Positions 8,916 through 16,123 of a DNA stretch of 20,000 nucleotides are shown piece by piece. The number at the start of each line of letters is the position of its first letter. Position 1 is the first letter of the stretch. Below the pieces are notes generated by a model. That model saw only the letters and a program-made list of their open reading frames with translations, was not told where the DNA came from and made no database searches. The DNA is from an uncultured virus (IMG/VR IMGVR_UViG_3300029288_000157) (taxonomy: Duplodnaviria; Heunggongvirae; Uroviricota; Caudoviricetes), in IMG/VR virus record IMGVR_UViG_3300029288_000157; one strand, 5' to 3'. The translations under genes and the position numbers were made by a program.

Positions 8916-10097
8916 TTGACGATTGATCTTGTTAAGTTAACTCTGGACGAAATGAAAGAACGGGGTGACTTTCATGGGGAATTATATGCACCATTTTATC
9001 CGACTAGTTACGCATTACATACATTTAATATACTCAATAATGAAAAGAAATTCTATTACGAAAATAAACAAATACCCAATATGCGTTTACACTTGCTCTT
9101 CATCGGACCTCCCATGTCCTCCAAGACATATTATCTTGAGCACATGAGTTGGGATGAAAATGCCCTGTTCCAGCGGGAAGATGGCGACACTGGATTTGAA
9201 ATGGTAAAGAAAGGACGACTGACTGAAACAGGGTTATGTGGAGGCTACAACCAAAACGGAGGACGATCAGAAAAACGAATGGGTGAAGCAGAAAAATACG
9301 CTAATGGCTTCCTGACTATCGATGAGTTTAGCGCCATAACTGAAACTTACGGACAGTCCTATAACGCTGCACTCGAAGCACAGATGCTCGCAGCACTCGA
9401 CCACGGCAATGTTGTAAAGGATCTTGGTGGCGGCACAATCGAGTTCAAAACCCGGTGCACTATATGGGCCGGAATTCAGCCTCGTAAATTGCACATGGAA
9501 AACGATGCAGGTCTAGGTCGCCGTATCTGCTTCCTTGTCAATATACCTACCAAGGATCAGCGGGAACTTATTAGGTGCGCGCTTTTCAAATCAAAAAACG
9601 TTGCACCTGAACCTGGAGAAATCCTATATATCCACGACCAGATCAGTGAATGGCGTGAATCTGTTGACAACATTGAACATATAGATTATGACGAATCAAT
9701 TCTCAATTATTATATAAAAAATAACACTGACCCGTTACATCAACCTCTATCAGACCGCATACTGCTTGGTTATCATCTAGCCAAGGGCAACTTCGACCAC
9801 GAATTGCACGTAACTCTCGAAGATCCCATGGCTCGAAGCATGATCCAAAACTCATTGGGTTGGTTTGAAGATGTGCGGCGTGGAACTGATATCCTGCAGG
9901 TAAAAAGTCTCATCATGTCATACGGAACATTTTATCCTGATATCAATCAATATATGGTAAAAGAACAGGATCTTATCAATGCCTCTACGTCGGTGAGTAT
10001 GACAAGCAAAGAAATGATCACATCAATTGGAGAAATGATTAACCTGCGGATGCTGGAAACGAACAAAGCAGAACAAGCCCTGATGATGCGCATTTAA
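8916..10097 (+). CDS. MCM-like AAA+ ATPase, putative replicative helicase lacking the N-terminal Zn/OB domain
   Basis: LHLLFIGPPMSSKT (Walker A), GFLTIDEF (Walker B), ALDHGNVVKDLGGGTIEFKTRCTIWAGIQP (pre-sensor-1 hairpin and sensor 1) and LGRR (Arg finger). Confidence 0.7.
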   Translation: MTIDLVKLTLDEMKERGDFHGELYAPFYPTSYALHTFNILNNEKKFYYENKQIPNMRLHLLFIGPPMSSKTYYLEHMSWDENALFQREDGDTGFEMVKKGRLTETGLCGGYNQNGGRSEKRMGEAEKYANGFLTIDEFSAITETYGQSYNAALEAQMLAALDHGNVVKDLGGGTIEFKTRCTIWAGIQPRKLHMENDAGLGRRICFLVNIPTKDQRELIRCALFKSKNVAPEPGEILYIHDQISEWRESVDNIEHIDYDESILNYYIKNNTDPLHQPLSDRILLGYHLAKGNFDHELHVTLEDPMARSMIQNSLGWFEDVRRGTDILQVKSLIMSYGTFYPDINQYMVKEQDLINASTSVSMTSKEMITSIGEMINLRMLETNKAEQALMMRI

Positions 10098-10098
10098 A

Positions 10099-10686
10099 AT
10101 GATAGACGAATCACCAGACAACCCATATCGCCGCTTCAAGAACCAACTTGAATACGTTGAATTGTACATGGAAGACCTCATCCTCCTCAAGCGGCGTCGC
10201 GCGAATATACGGGTAATGGGACTTCTCCTTTTTCACAACTATCTCAATGGCTGTGACGGCGACGTGATTCTCCTCATGGAAATCAATGAGTTGGAAAGAA
10301 AATTGGAACGACTAGATCTGACACCATTTGTCAAGAATGAGATAACCCAGATGTTATACGAAAAGCGCCGGGACTATGAATCCTCACGGAGAGCAAAGGA
10401 CTTCCTGACTGGGTTGATTGAGTTTGAGTGGGCAATCGAAGAGTATATGGACCCCACCGACATTATGCGCCATGCCGAGCAGTTAATCAAGAAAATACAG
10501 TTATATAACGAGAAGTTCGATCCGTTGAAGTATATCGAGAATTATAAATTGCGGAAGAAGTGTCCTAAAAACCCTTTTGTTGTCGATGATTATAAGGCAA
10601 TAACCAATACGCCGCGAAAACGGGTTAAGGCTTCGAAAAAGAAAAAATCTATGTATGACTCTATGAAGTATGAGATTCAGATGTGA
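10099..10686 (+). CDS. Hypothetical helical protein with basic C-terminus (195 aa)
   Basis: Starts 1 nt after the stop of the MCM-like gene. Confidence 0.7.
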   Translation: MIDESPDNPYRRFKNQLEYVELYMEDLILLKRRRANIRVMGLLLFHNYLNGCDGDVILLMEINELERKLERLDLTPFVKNEITQMLYEKRRDYESSRRAKDFLTGLIEFEWAIEEYMDPTDIMRHAEQLIKKIQLYNEKFDPLKYIENYKLRKKCPKNPFVVDDYKAITNTPRKRVKASKKKKSMYDSMKYEIQM

Positions 10687-11053
10687 AATTATATGCTTCT
10701 CGTAATTGTTCCCATTTATCAGGGTAGATCATTAGCCAAGTAGGATATTCAACACAGCAGGTTGGTTTACAACGACCTCTGCCTTTTATTCTAACGTGTT
10801 CATTTTCCCGTTCAAGACATATCCTTTCAGACAACTCATAGTATTGGAGAACTTGTAAAAAAGAATTGAAATCGTCCCATTTAGGATCATCGTCTTCCAC
10901 GTAATTTTGAGACTCTTCCCAAATAGTTCCCAGATAAGTTACTATTCCACCAGTGCGCTGCAATTTCTTTAAAAACCAACGTGCTGGTTTGTTATGTCTC
11001 TTCAGAGAATACTGATATTCTACGTCTATTTGTTCCGCCATATTACATCTCAC
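10661..11053 (-). CDS. Hypothetical protein (130 aa)
   Basis: ATGA overlap with the BppU-like gene; converges on the + strand operon. Confidence 0.65.
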   Translation of the reverse strand: MRCNMAEQIDVEYQYSLKRHNKPARWFLKKLQRTGGIVTYLGTIWEESQNYVEDDDPKWDDFNSFLQVLQYYELSERICLERENEHVRIKGRGRCKPTCCVEYPTWLMIYPDKWEQLREAYNFTSESHTS

Positions 11054-11400
11054 ATATATGAGTCTCCCAAGACTAAAAAACTTTGCACGTCGTACTCGGG
11101 GAAGTTCAATGTGTGGCCGGTGCTGTCCTCAACAATGAACACGAACCGATACATGTCTGCAGTTGCGGTGTAGAGGGAGTCCATTTCGTAGTAGACCCAT
11201 CCTGACGTGGCGATATCGATTGTTGCGGGGGCATTGTCAATTATTACGTTGGATGATGAGTCCCACATGGTGAAGTATACGTCGCAGTTGGTGAGATCGT
11301 AGGGAACGTCTTGATTTTCTAATGCGTCCCAAGTTACGCACTGGTAATCAATAGGTTTTTTGTCTCCTACTTTGAATATGATGGTCGGATAGCGTGTCAT
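11050..11400 (-). CDS. BppU N-terminal-domain-like baseplate/tail adaptor protein
   Basis: Pattern KVGD...PYDLTNCDVYFTM...ATSGWVYY...YRFVFIV...GHTLNFP is typical of BppU_N-like Ig-fold proteins. Confidence 0.7.
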   Translation of the reverse strand: MTRYPTIIFKVGDKKPIDYQCVTWDALENQDVPYDLTNCDVYFTMWDSSSNVIIDNAPATIDIATSGWVYYEMDSLYTATADMYRFVFIVEDSTGHTLNFPEYDVQSFLVLGDSYM

Positions 11401-11449
11401 GGAATAGGATAGGCGTTGTTATTATATGAATGTATGGGTTGATCAACAG

Positions 11450-11580
11450 ATTTATATAATGTTAGATACTAATATGTATGTGCCCCACTACAGCATGATG
11501 GAGAAGGAGACCCCCTCCTTTTTTCATTTTGTTGACACCGTTTTCTTGCCATTTTGAGCCTCGAGTTATGCCATTTTTGG
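11450..11580 (+). repeat. Copy A of imperfect inverted repeat (partner 12988-13097)
   Basis: 11455-11487 matches the reverse complement of 13062-13094 at 29/33 nt. 11521-11540 matches the reverse complement of 13008-13027 at 19/20. Both copies also share GCCTC...CATTTTTGG. Confidence 0.85.
11482..11524 (+). ncRNA. Putative small RNA A (about 43 nt)
   Basis: TTTATATA box at 11451-11458, about 23 nt upstream; ends in hairpin AAGGAG-ACCCC-CTCCTT plus T-tract. Confidence 0.35.
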
Positions 11581-11586
11581 GTTACA

Positions 11587-11604
11587 TTTATATGCCTTGT
11601 CAAC
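11587..11604 (+). promoter_or_regulatory. TATA box TTTATATG followed by TTGTCAAC
   Basis: Box ends 26 nt before ATG 11621; no RBS. Confidence 0.5.
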
Positions 11605-11620
11605 CAACTCTATTTAACAA

Positions 11621-12370
11621 ATGAAAAAAGTTCTTATAGTTAATGATCTCCACTGCGGCAGCGTTTATGGTCTCGGCGTTCCCAATTTTGTCGGTGGAGG
11701 CGGATACACGTTGCCCTTCACTGAAACAAACCGCTTCCTTTATGACCGGTGGCAGCAGATGATCAGCACTGTCGGTCACGTCGATCTCGTGGTGGCAAAT
11801 GGCGACCTCGTTGAAGGACTTAATAAAAAGAAGAACGGTGCCGAAACCCTCACTCCCTACATAGCCGATCAGTCTAAAATCGCTGCAGAACTCCTAAAAC
11901 AAATCGACACCACTGAATACGCTTTCACTGGGGGCAGTGGCTATCATATGGGGCAGGACATCAACGGCGATCAAGAAGTGTGTGACAAAGTTGGCGGCAC
12001 ATGGTTCGGCCCCGACGGCTACATTAAAATCGAGGGCATCAAGATCCATGTCCGGCACGTTGCTAACTACTCCAAACTTCCGCACTCGCGCGCTACCCCC
12101 ATCCTGTTCGACTTCCTCATTGCGGCTATCCAGGGCGACGACACTAACATCTTCATTCGCTCTCATACCCACAAATTCGTCTACGCAGGCACCCACAACC
12201 GACTCGGCTTCACAACCCCCTGCTGGAAAGGCGTGGACACATACATCCGCGAAAAAGGCATGGAAAAAACCGACTGCGGATGGGTCTTAATAACAATTGA
12301 CGGCTCCTCTTACACATGGCAACACTGCGTCTTCCAAGCCCCCGACACAACACCGGTTTTAAGGATCTAA
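11621..12370 (+). CDS. Calcineurin-like metallophosphoesterase
   Basis: DLHCG, NGDLVEG, GSGYH in place of GNH, HVRH and RSHTH. Confidence 0.82.
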   Translation: MKKVLIVNDLHCGSVYGLGVPNFVGGGGYTLPFTETNRFLYDRWQQMISTVGHVDLVVANGDLVEGLNKKKNGAETLTPYIADQSKIAAELLKQIDTTEYAFTGGSGYHMGQDINGDQEVCDKVGGTWFGPDGYIKIEGIKIHVRHVANYSKLPHSRATPILFDFLIAAIQGDDTNIFIRSHTHKFVYAGTHNRLGFTTPCWKGVDTYIREKGMEKTDCGWVLITIDGSSYTWQHCVFQAPDTTPVLRI

Positions 12371-12411
12371 TCGATACTTTTTTCTCCTCTTAACGCACAT
12401 AGTATGTTGTT

Positions 12412-12681
12412 ATGAAAACCCAATATGAAATACAGCCATGTGTAATAGACGAGAATGATTGGTATTGGCACAAGTATCCATACAATCATGTAGAATCTTG
12501 TAATTGTATATTTTATGTACCAGAACAGATGGGAGGAGATGAAACCAATCGCCCAACATATTGTGCAATTCATGGTTATGACTTTCCTATAGAAGGATGC
12601 AATTACAGAAAAACGATTCGAGAGGTACTAGATGAAACTGACTTTAATCGACGTAGAGAAACACAAGAAGGCCATTCTTGA
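12412..12681 (+). CDS. Small Cys-rich protein (89 aa)
   Basis: CNCIFY...YCAIH...CNYRKTIRE. Confidence 0.6.
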   Translation: MKTQYEIQPCVIDENDWYWHKYPYNHVESCNCIFYVPEQMGGDETNRPTYCAIHGYDFPIEGCNYRKTIREVLDETDFNRRRETQEGHS

Positions 12682-12781
12682 ACTTCTCAATTCACAGGAA
12701 TGTAGAGATCGTTCTGAAAAATTCAACCAAGAAATGAAACGAAAACTAGCAAATCACGAAGATAAGGAGTTCAATATATGA
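12632..12781 (+). CDS. Small helical protein (49 aa), not in ORF track
   Basis: GAGGT RBS; MKLTLIDVEKHKKAILELLNSQECRDRSEKFNQEMKRKLANHEDKEFNI; ATGA overlap with the next gene. Confidence 0.6.
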   Translation: MKLTLIDVEKHKKAILELLNSQECRDRSEKFNQEMKRKLANHEDKEFNI

Positions 12782-12972
12782 ACCGTGATAAATTCGTAAG
12801 CGAGTTGTCTGGAATAACTGACCCGGACTGCATATATTATAGCCCACATTATAACAGGCACATGCCGGGGTTCTGCTCCATTGCCAAGAAATACGGAAAA
12901 TCATATCCATACTGCGATGCATCTTTTGGACAGTGTGAAATACGCGACGAAGAACTAAACAATCTTTCTTGA
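12778..12972 (+). CDS. Small Cys-rich protein (64 aa)
   Basis: AAGGAG RBS; DCIYY...FCSI...YCDASFGQC. Confidence 0.6.
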   Translation: MNRDKFVSELSGITDPDCIYYSPHYNRHMPGFCSIAKKYGKSYPYCDASFGQCEIRDEELNNLS

Positions 12973-12987
12973 ATTTTAAATTCGCTG

Positions 12988-13097
12988 CCAAAAATGCCCT
13001 CGTGAGGCGGCGTCAACAAAATGAAAAGGAAGAAAGATCTTCTCCCTTTTGCATTCCGTCTTGGGGCACATATCTATTAGTTCCTAACATTATAAAT
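12988..13097 (-). repeat. Copy B of imperfect inverted repeat (partner 11450-11580)
   Basis: Reverse complement reads ATTTATAATGTTAGGAACTAATAGATATGTGCCCCA...GGAGAAG...TTTTCATTTTGTTGACGCCGCCTC...CATTTTTGG. Confidence 0.85.
13024..13067 (-). ncRNA. Putative small RNA B (about 44 nt)
   Basis: Minus-strand TTTATAAT box about 21 nt upstream. The 3' hairpin AAAAGGGAGAAG-ATC-TTTCTTCCTTTT pairs fully (with G-U) only on the minus strand. Confidence 0.35.
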
Positions 13098-13120
13098 AGT
13101 TTGCGTTCCAATACATTACC

Positions 13121-13990
13121 ATGGAAGAACCCACTTCAATCCAATCAGCAGCACCGAAGGAAGACCTGCTCTCTGTAGTAGCAGTAGTCGATCTCGATCC
13201 ACTCGTCGCCTTGCAAAAGCCAGAATACCAGGAAATGCTCACGGTAATCAACGATTCGGCACTAGAAATCCAAAGAACTACCCAGATTTTTAACAAAACT
13301 CAATCGCAGTTCATGGATAACCTTTTAACGGTAAGTCATCTCACCCCATTTCGAAATCTGCGACAAGTCCTAGCCGAGATGACACGAACGCGCAGTGCAC
13401 TGAACGAAGCATATTTCAACTTGGAACTGAAGAAGATCAAAGTGGATCGGCTTAAATACAAACTACTGGGCGAAAATGATGACTTTAAATGTAAAAAATT
13501 GGAAATCAAAATCCAGCAAGCCGAGTATCAAATCGCTTCTTCCATGGAGTACGTCAACAGCGCGATTCGTAAAATGGCAAACTACACTGCGCAGTACAAC
13601 AGCATCAAGAAGCAACTTCCTGATCTCTCCGAGAAAACTTTCGAGGAACAAGAGGAGCGCTACCATATCATGAAGGCATTCGAGCAGGGACTCTGTGCCG
13701 CGCGGTCTCATGGTAGGTTCATTGACGAGGGCAATCAGATCTATCTTCATCAGGTGGGCATCAACGGCAGTCTTGCGCAGGTAGAAATGTCCAAGTATCT
13801 CAACTGGGAATACAGCACCATTGACAAGGGAGGCGAAGTGACCCACGAGGATCAGTTGAAGTGGCTCGAAAGTATGGCTGATAAGTTCAAAGGATGTGCC
13901 ACCAAGTTTGCTGAATACAAGGGCATGACAGTCATGAGTGAATTTGCCTGCACCGGTTGGGAAAACTACGTCGAGGAGGACAAAGAATGA
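13121..13990 (+). CDS. Coiled-coil viral protein of unknown function (289 aa)
   Basis: Long helical ORF with TP-x-R-x-LRQ-x-LAE and IDEGNQIYLHQVGIN motifs; TATAAATA box 22 nt upstream. Confidence 0.75.
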   Translation: MEEPTSIQSAAPKEDLLSVVAVVDLDPLVALQKPEYQEMLTVINDSALEIQRTTQIFNKTQSQFMDNLLTVSHLTPFRNLRQVLAEMTRTRSALNEAYFNLELKKIKVDRLKYKLLGENDDFKCKKLEIKIQQAEYQIASSMEYVNSAIRKMANYTAQYNSIKKQLPDLSEKTFEEQEERYHIMKAFEQGLCAARSHGRFIDEGNQIYLHQVGINGSLAQVEMSKYLNWEYSTIDKGGEVTHEDQLKWLESMADKFKGCATKFAEYKGMTVMSEFACTGWENYVEEDKE

Positions 13991-14325
13991 TAGATATTCC
14001 TATTACAAGAATTCAACTTTTAGCACCATCAGAAGTCAGAGAAAACAGAACGTGTTGGGATTGCGTATTTTGGTTTAGTGTAGATGATGGTTTTATTGCA
14101 GATTGTGCATTAGGTAAAGATTATAGAGATTGTCCTCCTTGTAAAATGAATTTTACTCCAGAGGAGATGAAAATAATATTGACTGATGTAAATGAACTTG
14201 AATTATTTTTTAAAAGTTATTCAAATGGGATTGAATATGTAACATTATCAAAATGTAATGATAATAATAACTATGTGCCTGTAAATCTATTTAAACCAGA
14301 TGGTGGAGACTATACTTATGAATAA
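13987..14325 (+). CDS. Small Cys-rich protein (112 aa; start revised to MIDIP)
   Basis: ATGA overlap and GAGGAGG RBS; CWDCVF...DCAL...CPPCKMNFTPEEM. Confidence 0.65.
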   Translation: MIDIPITRIQLLAPSEVRENRTCWDCVFWFSVDDGFIADCALGKDYRDCPPCKMNFTPEEMKIILTDVNELELFFKSYSNGIEYVTLSKCNDNNNYVPVNLFKPDGGDYTYE

Positions 14326-14488
14326 CCCTACAATGTCATCTGGGGTTTTAGACATAATTGAATTTAAACGTAGACTAAAAACACAAAGGATAATGAGTAT
14401 TCCAATAATAGATGAGGTTTCTATTCGCGGAGCAAATTTTGAATTAATTACACCAACTATGGAATTTATAAATGACACAATTGAATGA
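14318..14488 (+). CDS. Small hypothetical protein (56 aa)
   Basis: GGTGGAG RBS; bridges the flanking genes with short overlaps. Confidence 0.45.
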   Translation: MNNPTMSSGVLDIIEFKRRLKTQRIMSIPIIDEVSIRGANFELITPTMEFINDTIE

Positions 14489-15134
14489 AATCAAACTCCT
14501 AATCGGCACTCCCTGTTACAATGGTCTTCTCCACCAAGATTACTTCCAAGGAACTCTACAATACAACCAACTTGGTATTCCCATTTCTTACATGCACATT
14601 GGAAACGAGTCCTTGATCACGCGCGGCAGGAACACCATCATCTCACTATTCTACGATCATAAGGACACTTTTACCCACCTTCTGTTTCTCGATGCTGACA
14701 TCTACTTATCAGGAGAAGACCTGTTAAAACTACTGGAGTCAGGTGAGGATGTAATCGGTGCGCCGGTTCCTTTGAAGGGCTATGATCCGCGCGGAAAGAA
14801 CGTGTACAATGTGGGCAAAATACTGGAAACGAAGGATCATTTAATTGAAGTGGAACACGTTGGAACTGCAGTGTTTTTACTGTCTAATAGTGCAGTGGTA
14901 TCCCTCGTGAACGATGCAATCAATAATGGGAATGTCTATTCCAGAAACCCATTGACGAGGGGAGATGCGCCTTCTGATTTACAGTATGATGTGTTTCAGG
15001 TTGGAGTGTATGGAGAACAATACTTGAGTGAAGATTATTACGTGTGCAAAGTGCTGCGCGAACTAGGCTACAAAATAATAGTGGATACTTCCATCAGGAC
15101 GCGCCATTCTGGAAGTTTCACATGGCAAGGATAA
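14472..15134 (+). CDS. GT-A fold glycosyltransferase (phage-type)
   Basis: IGTPCY, ESLITRGRN, THLLFLDADI (DxD), GTAVFLL, YLSEDYYVC and RHSG. Confidence 0.85.
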   Translation: MTQLNEIKLLIGTPCYNGLLHQDYFQGTLQYNQLGIPISYMHIGNESLITRGRNTIISLFYDHKDTFTHLLFLDADIYLSGEDLLKLLESGEDVIGAPVPLKGYDPRGKNVYNVGKILETKDHLIEVEHVGTAVFLLSNSAVVSLVNDAINNGNVYSRNPLTRGDAPSDLQYDVFQVGVYGEQYLSEDYYVCKVLRELGYKIIVDTSIRTRHSGSFTWQG

Positions 15135-15198
15135 TCTTCTTTCCTCTCCTAACAATGCTTCTCGTTCCTTTTTCCTCTCCACGATAAAGGGGTTCTCG

Positions 15199-15217
15199 AA
15201 GGGGATTTAATCCCCTT
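15199..15217. terminator. Palindrome AAGGGGATT-T-AATCCCCTT between convergent genes; probable terminator
   Basis: Perfect 9-bp arms; preceded by pyrimidine tracts at 15135-15180. Confidence 0.5.
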
Positions 15218-15220
15218 GAC

Positions 15221-16123
15221 TTATAGGCCGCCGTGACAGTTAGAGCAACATGCGGGATAATATCTTCCAATAGTTAAATTTCCAAATTCATTAGAATTGG
15301 ATTTTTCCGATATTGTGACATAGTTGATAATATCATTAGAAGAAGAAGAACTAGAACTTCCAAAAATTCCTGATATAGTGGATGCACAAGATTTTTGTGC
15401 ATGGTTATTATCCCAATACGTTAGGTCTCCAAAATCTTGTGCATTTCCTCCTGATGCTATTGTTATGTAGTCTATGGCATTTGAAATGTCTCCTCCATTA
15501 AAAATGCCACGTGTTTGCGAACTACATCCATCTACATACATTTTTTCTACTGTAAGATCTCCGAACGCTGATACATTTCCTATGGTAGATATTGTAATAT
15601 AACTTATGGATTTTAAATATGTAGAACCTGTTATTCCACCTGCAAATATGCCACGGGTTGAGGATGCACAAGAAGATAATCGTTGTGTTATAACATCTAG
15701 ATCGCCGAAATCTATGGCGTCTGTTTCTTCTGATATTGTAATATAATCAATTACATTAGTTAAGGCACTCGTTCCTCTGCCTCCTCCAAATATACCACGA
15801 GTTGATGAAGAGCATGCTGCCAAATCTGATTGCAATGTTGTTAGACTTCCGAAACTTTGAGCAATACCAGTTATAGCAAATGTAATATAATCTATAATAT
15901 TTAGGTAATTACCATCATGGCCACCTGAAAATACTCCGCGCGTTGATGATGAACAAGATGCTAACTGTGATCGTGCAGTTGAGAGATTTCCAAAATTTAA
16001 TGCATTGGATTTATTTGAAATTTCAATATAATCTATTGTATTTACCAATATTGCAGTAAAACCTCCACCAAATAATCCTCTAGTTTTGCCACTGTTGCCA
16101 ACGAATCCATTAATAATGCTCAT
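15221..16123 (-). CDS. Six-repeat beta-propeller-like protein, probable virion adhesin
   Basis: Six ~47-aa repeats STRGIFxGG...IDYITI...A.DFGDLT; ends HGGL; ATGA overlap with the upstream fibre gene. Confidence 0.7.
   Translation of the reverse strand: MSIINGFVGNSGKTRGLFGGGFTAILVNTIDYIEISNKSNALNFGNLSTARSQLASCSSSTRGVFSGGHDGNYLNIIDYITFAITGIAQSFGSLTTLQSDLAACSSSTRGIFGGGRGTSALTNVIDYITISEETDAIDFGDLDVITQRLSSCASSTRGIFAGGITGSTYLKSISYITISTIGNVSAFGDLTVEKMYVDGCSSQTRGIFNGGDISNAIDYITIASGGNAQDFGDLTYWDNNHAQKSCASTISGIFGSSSSSSSNDIINYVTISEKSNSNEFGNLTIGRYYPACCSNCHGGL

Noticed and set aside
11474..11557. 27-codon ORF MYVPHYSMMEKETPSFFHFVDTVFLPF inside repeat copy A
   Set aside because: The ATG is not conserved in copy B (ATAGAT), lies too close to the TATA box, and the frame crosses the terminator-like hairpin.
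11450..13097. IS element or MITE defined by the inverted repeats
   Set aside because: There is no transposase inside, no target-site duplication was seen, and the repeats are gapped and modular rather than terminal-IR-like.
12969..13178. 69-aa ORF from the track
   Set aside because: It runs across repeat copy B and the promoter of 13121, and no equivalent reading frame is evident in copy A. It is probably spurious.
11401..15220. tRNA or self-cleaving ribozyme in the intergenic regions
   Set aside because: No cloverleaf, T-loop GTTCRA in context, or hammerhead core (CTGATGA...GAAA) was found by eye.
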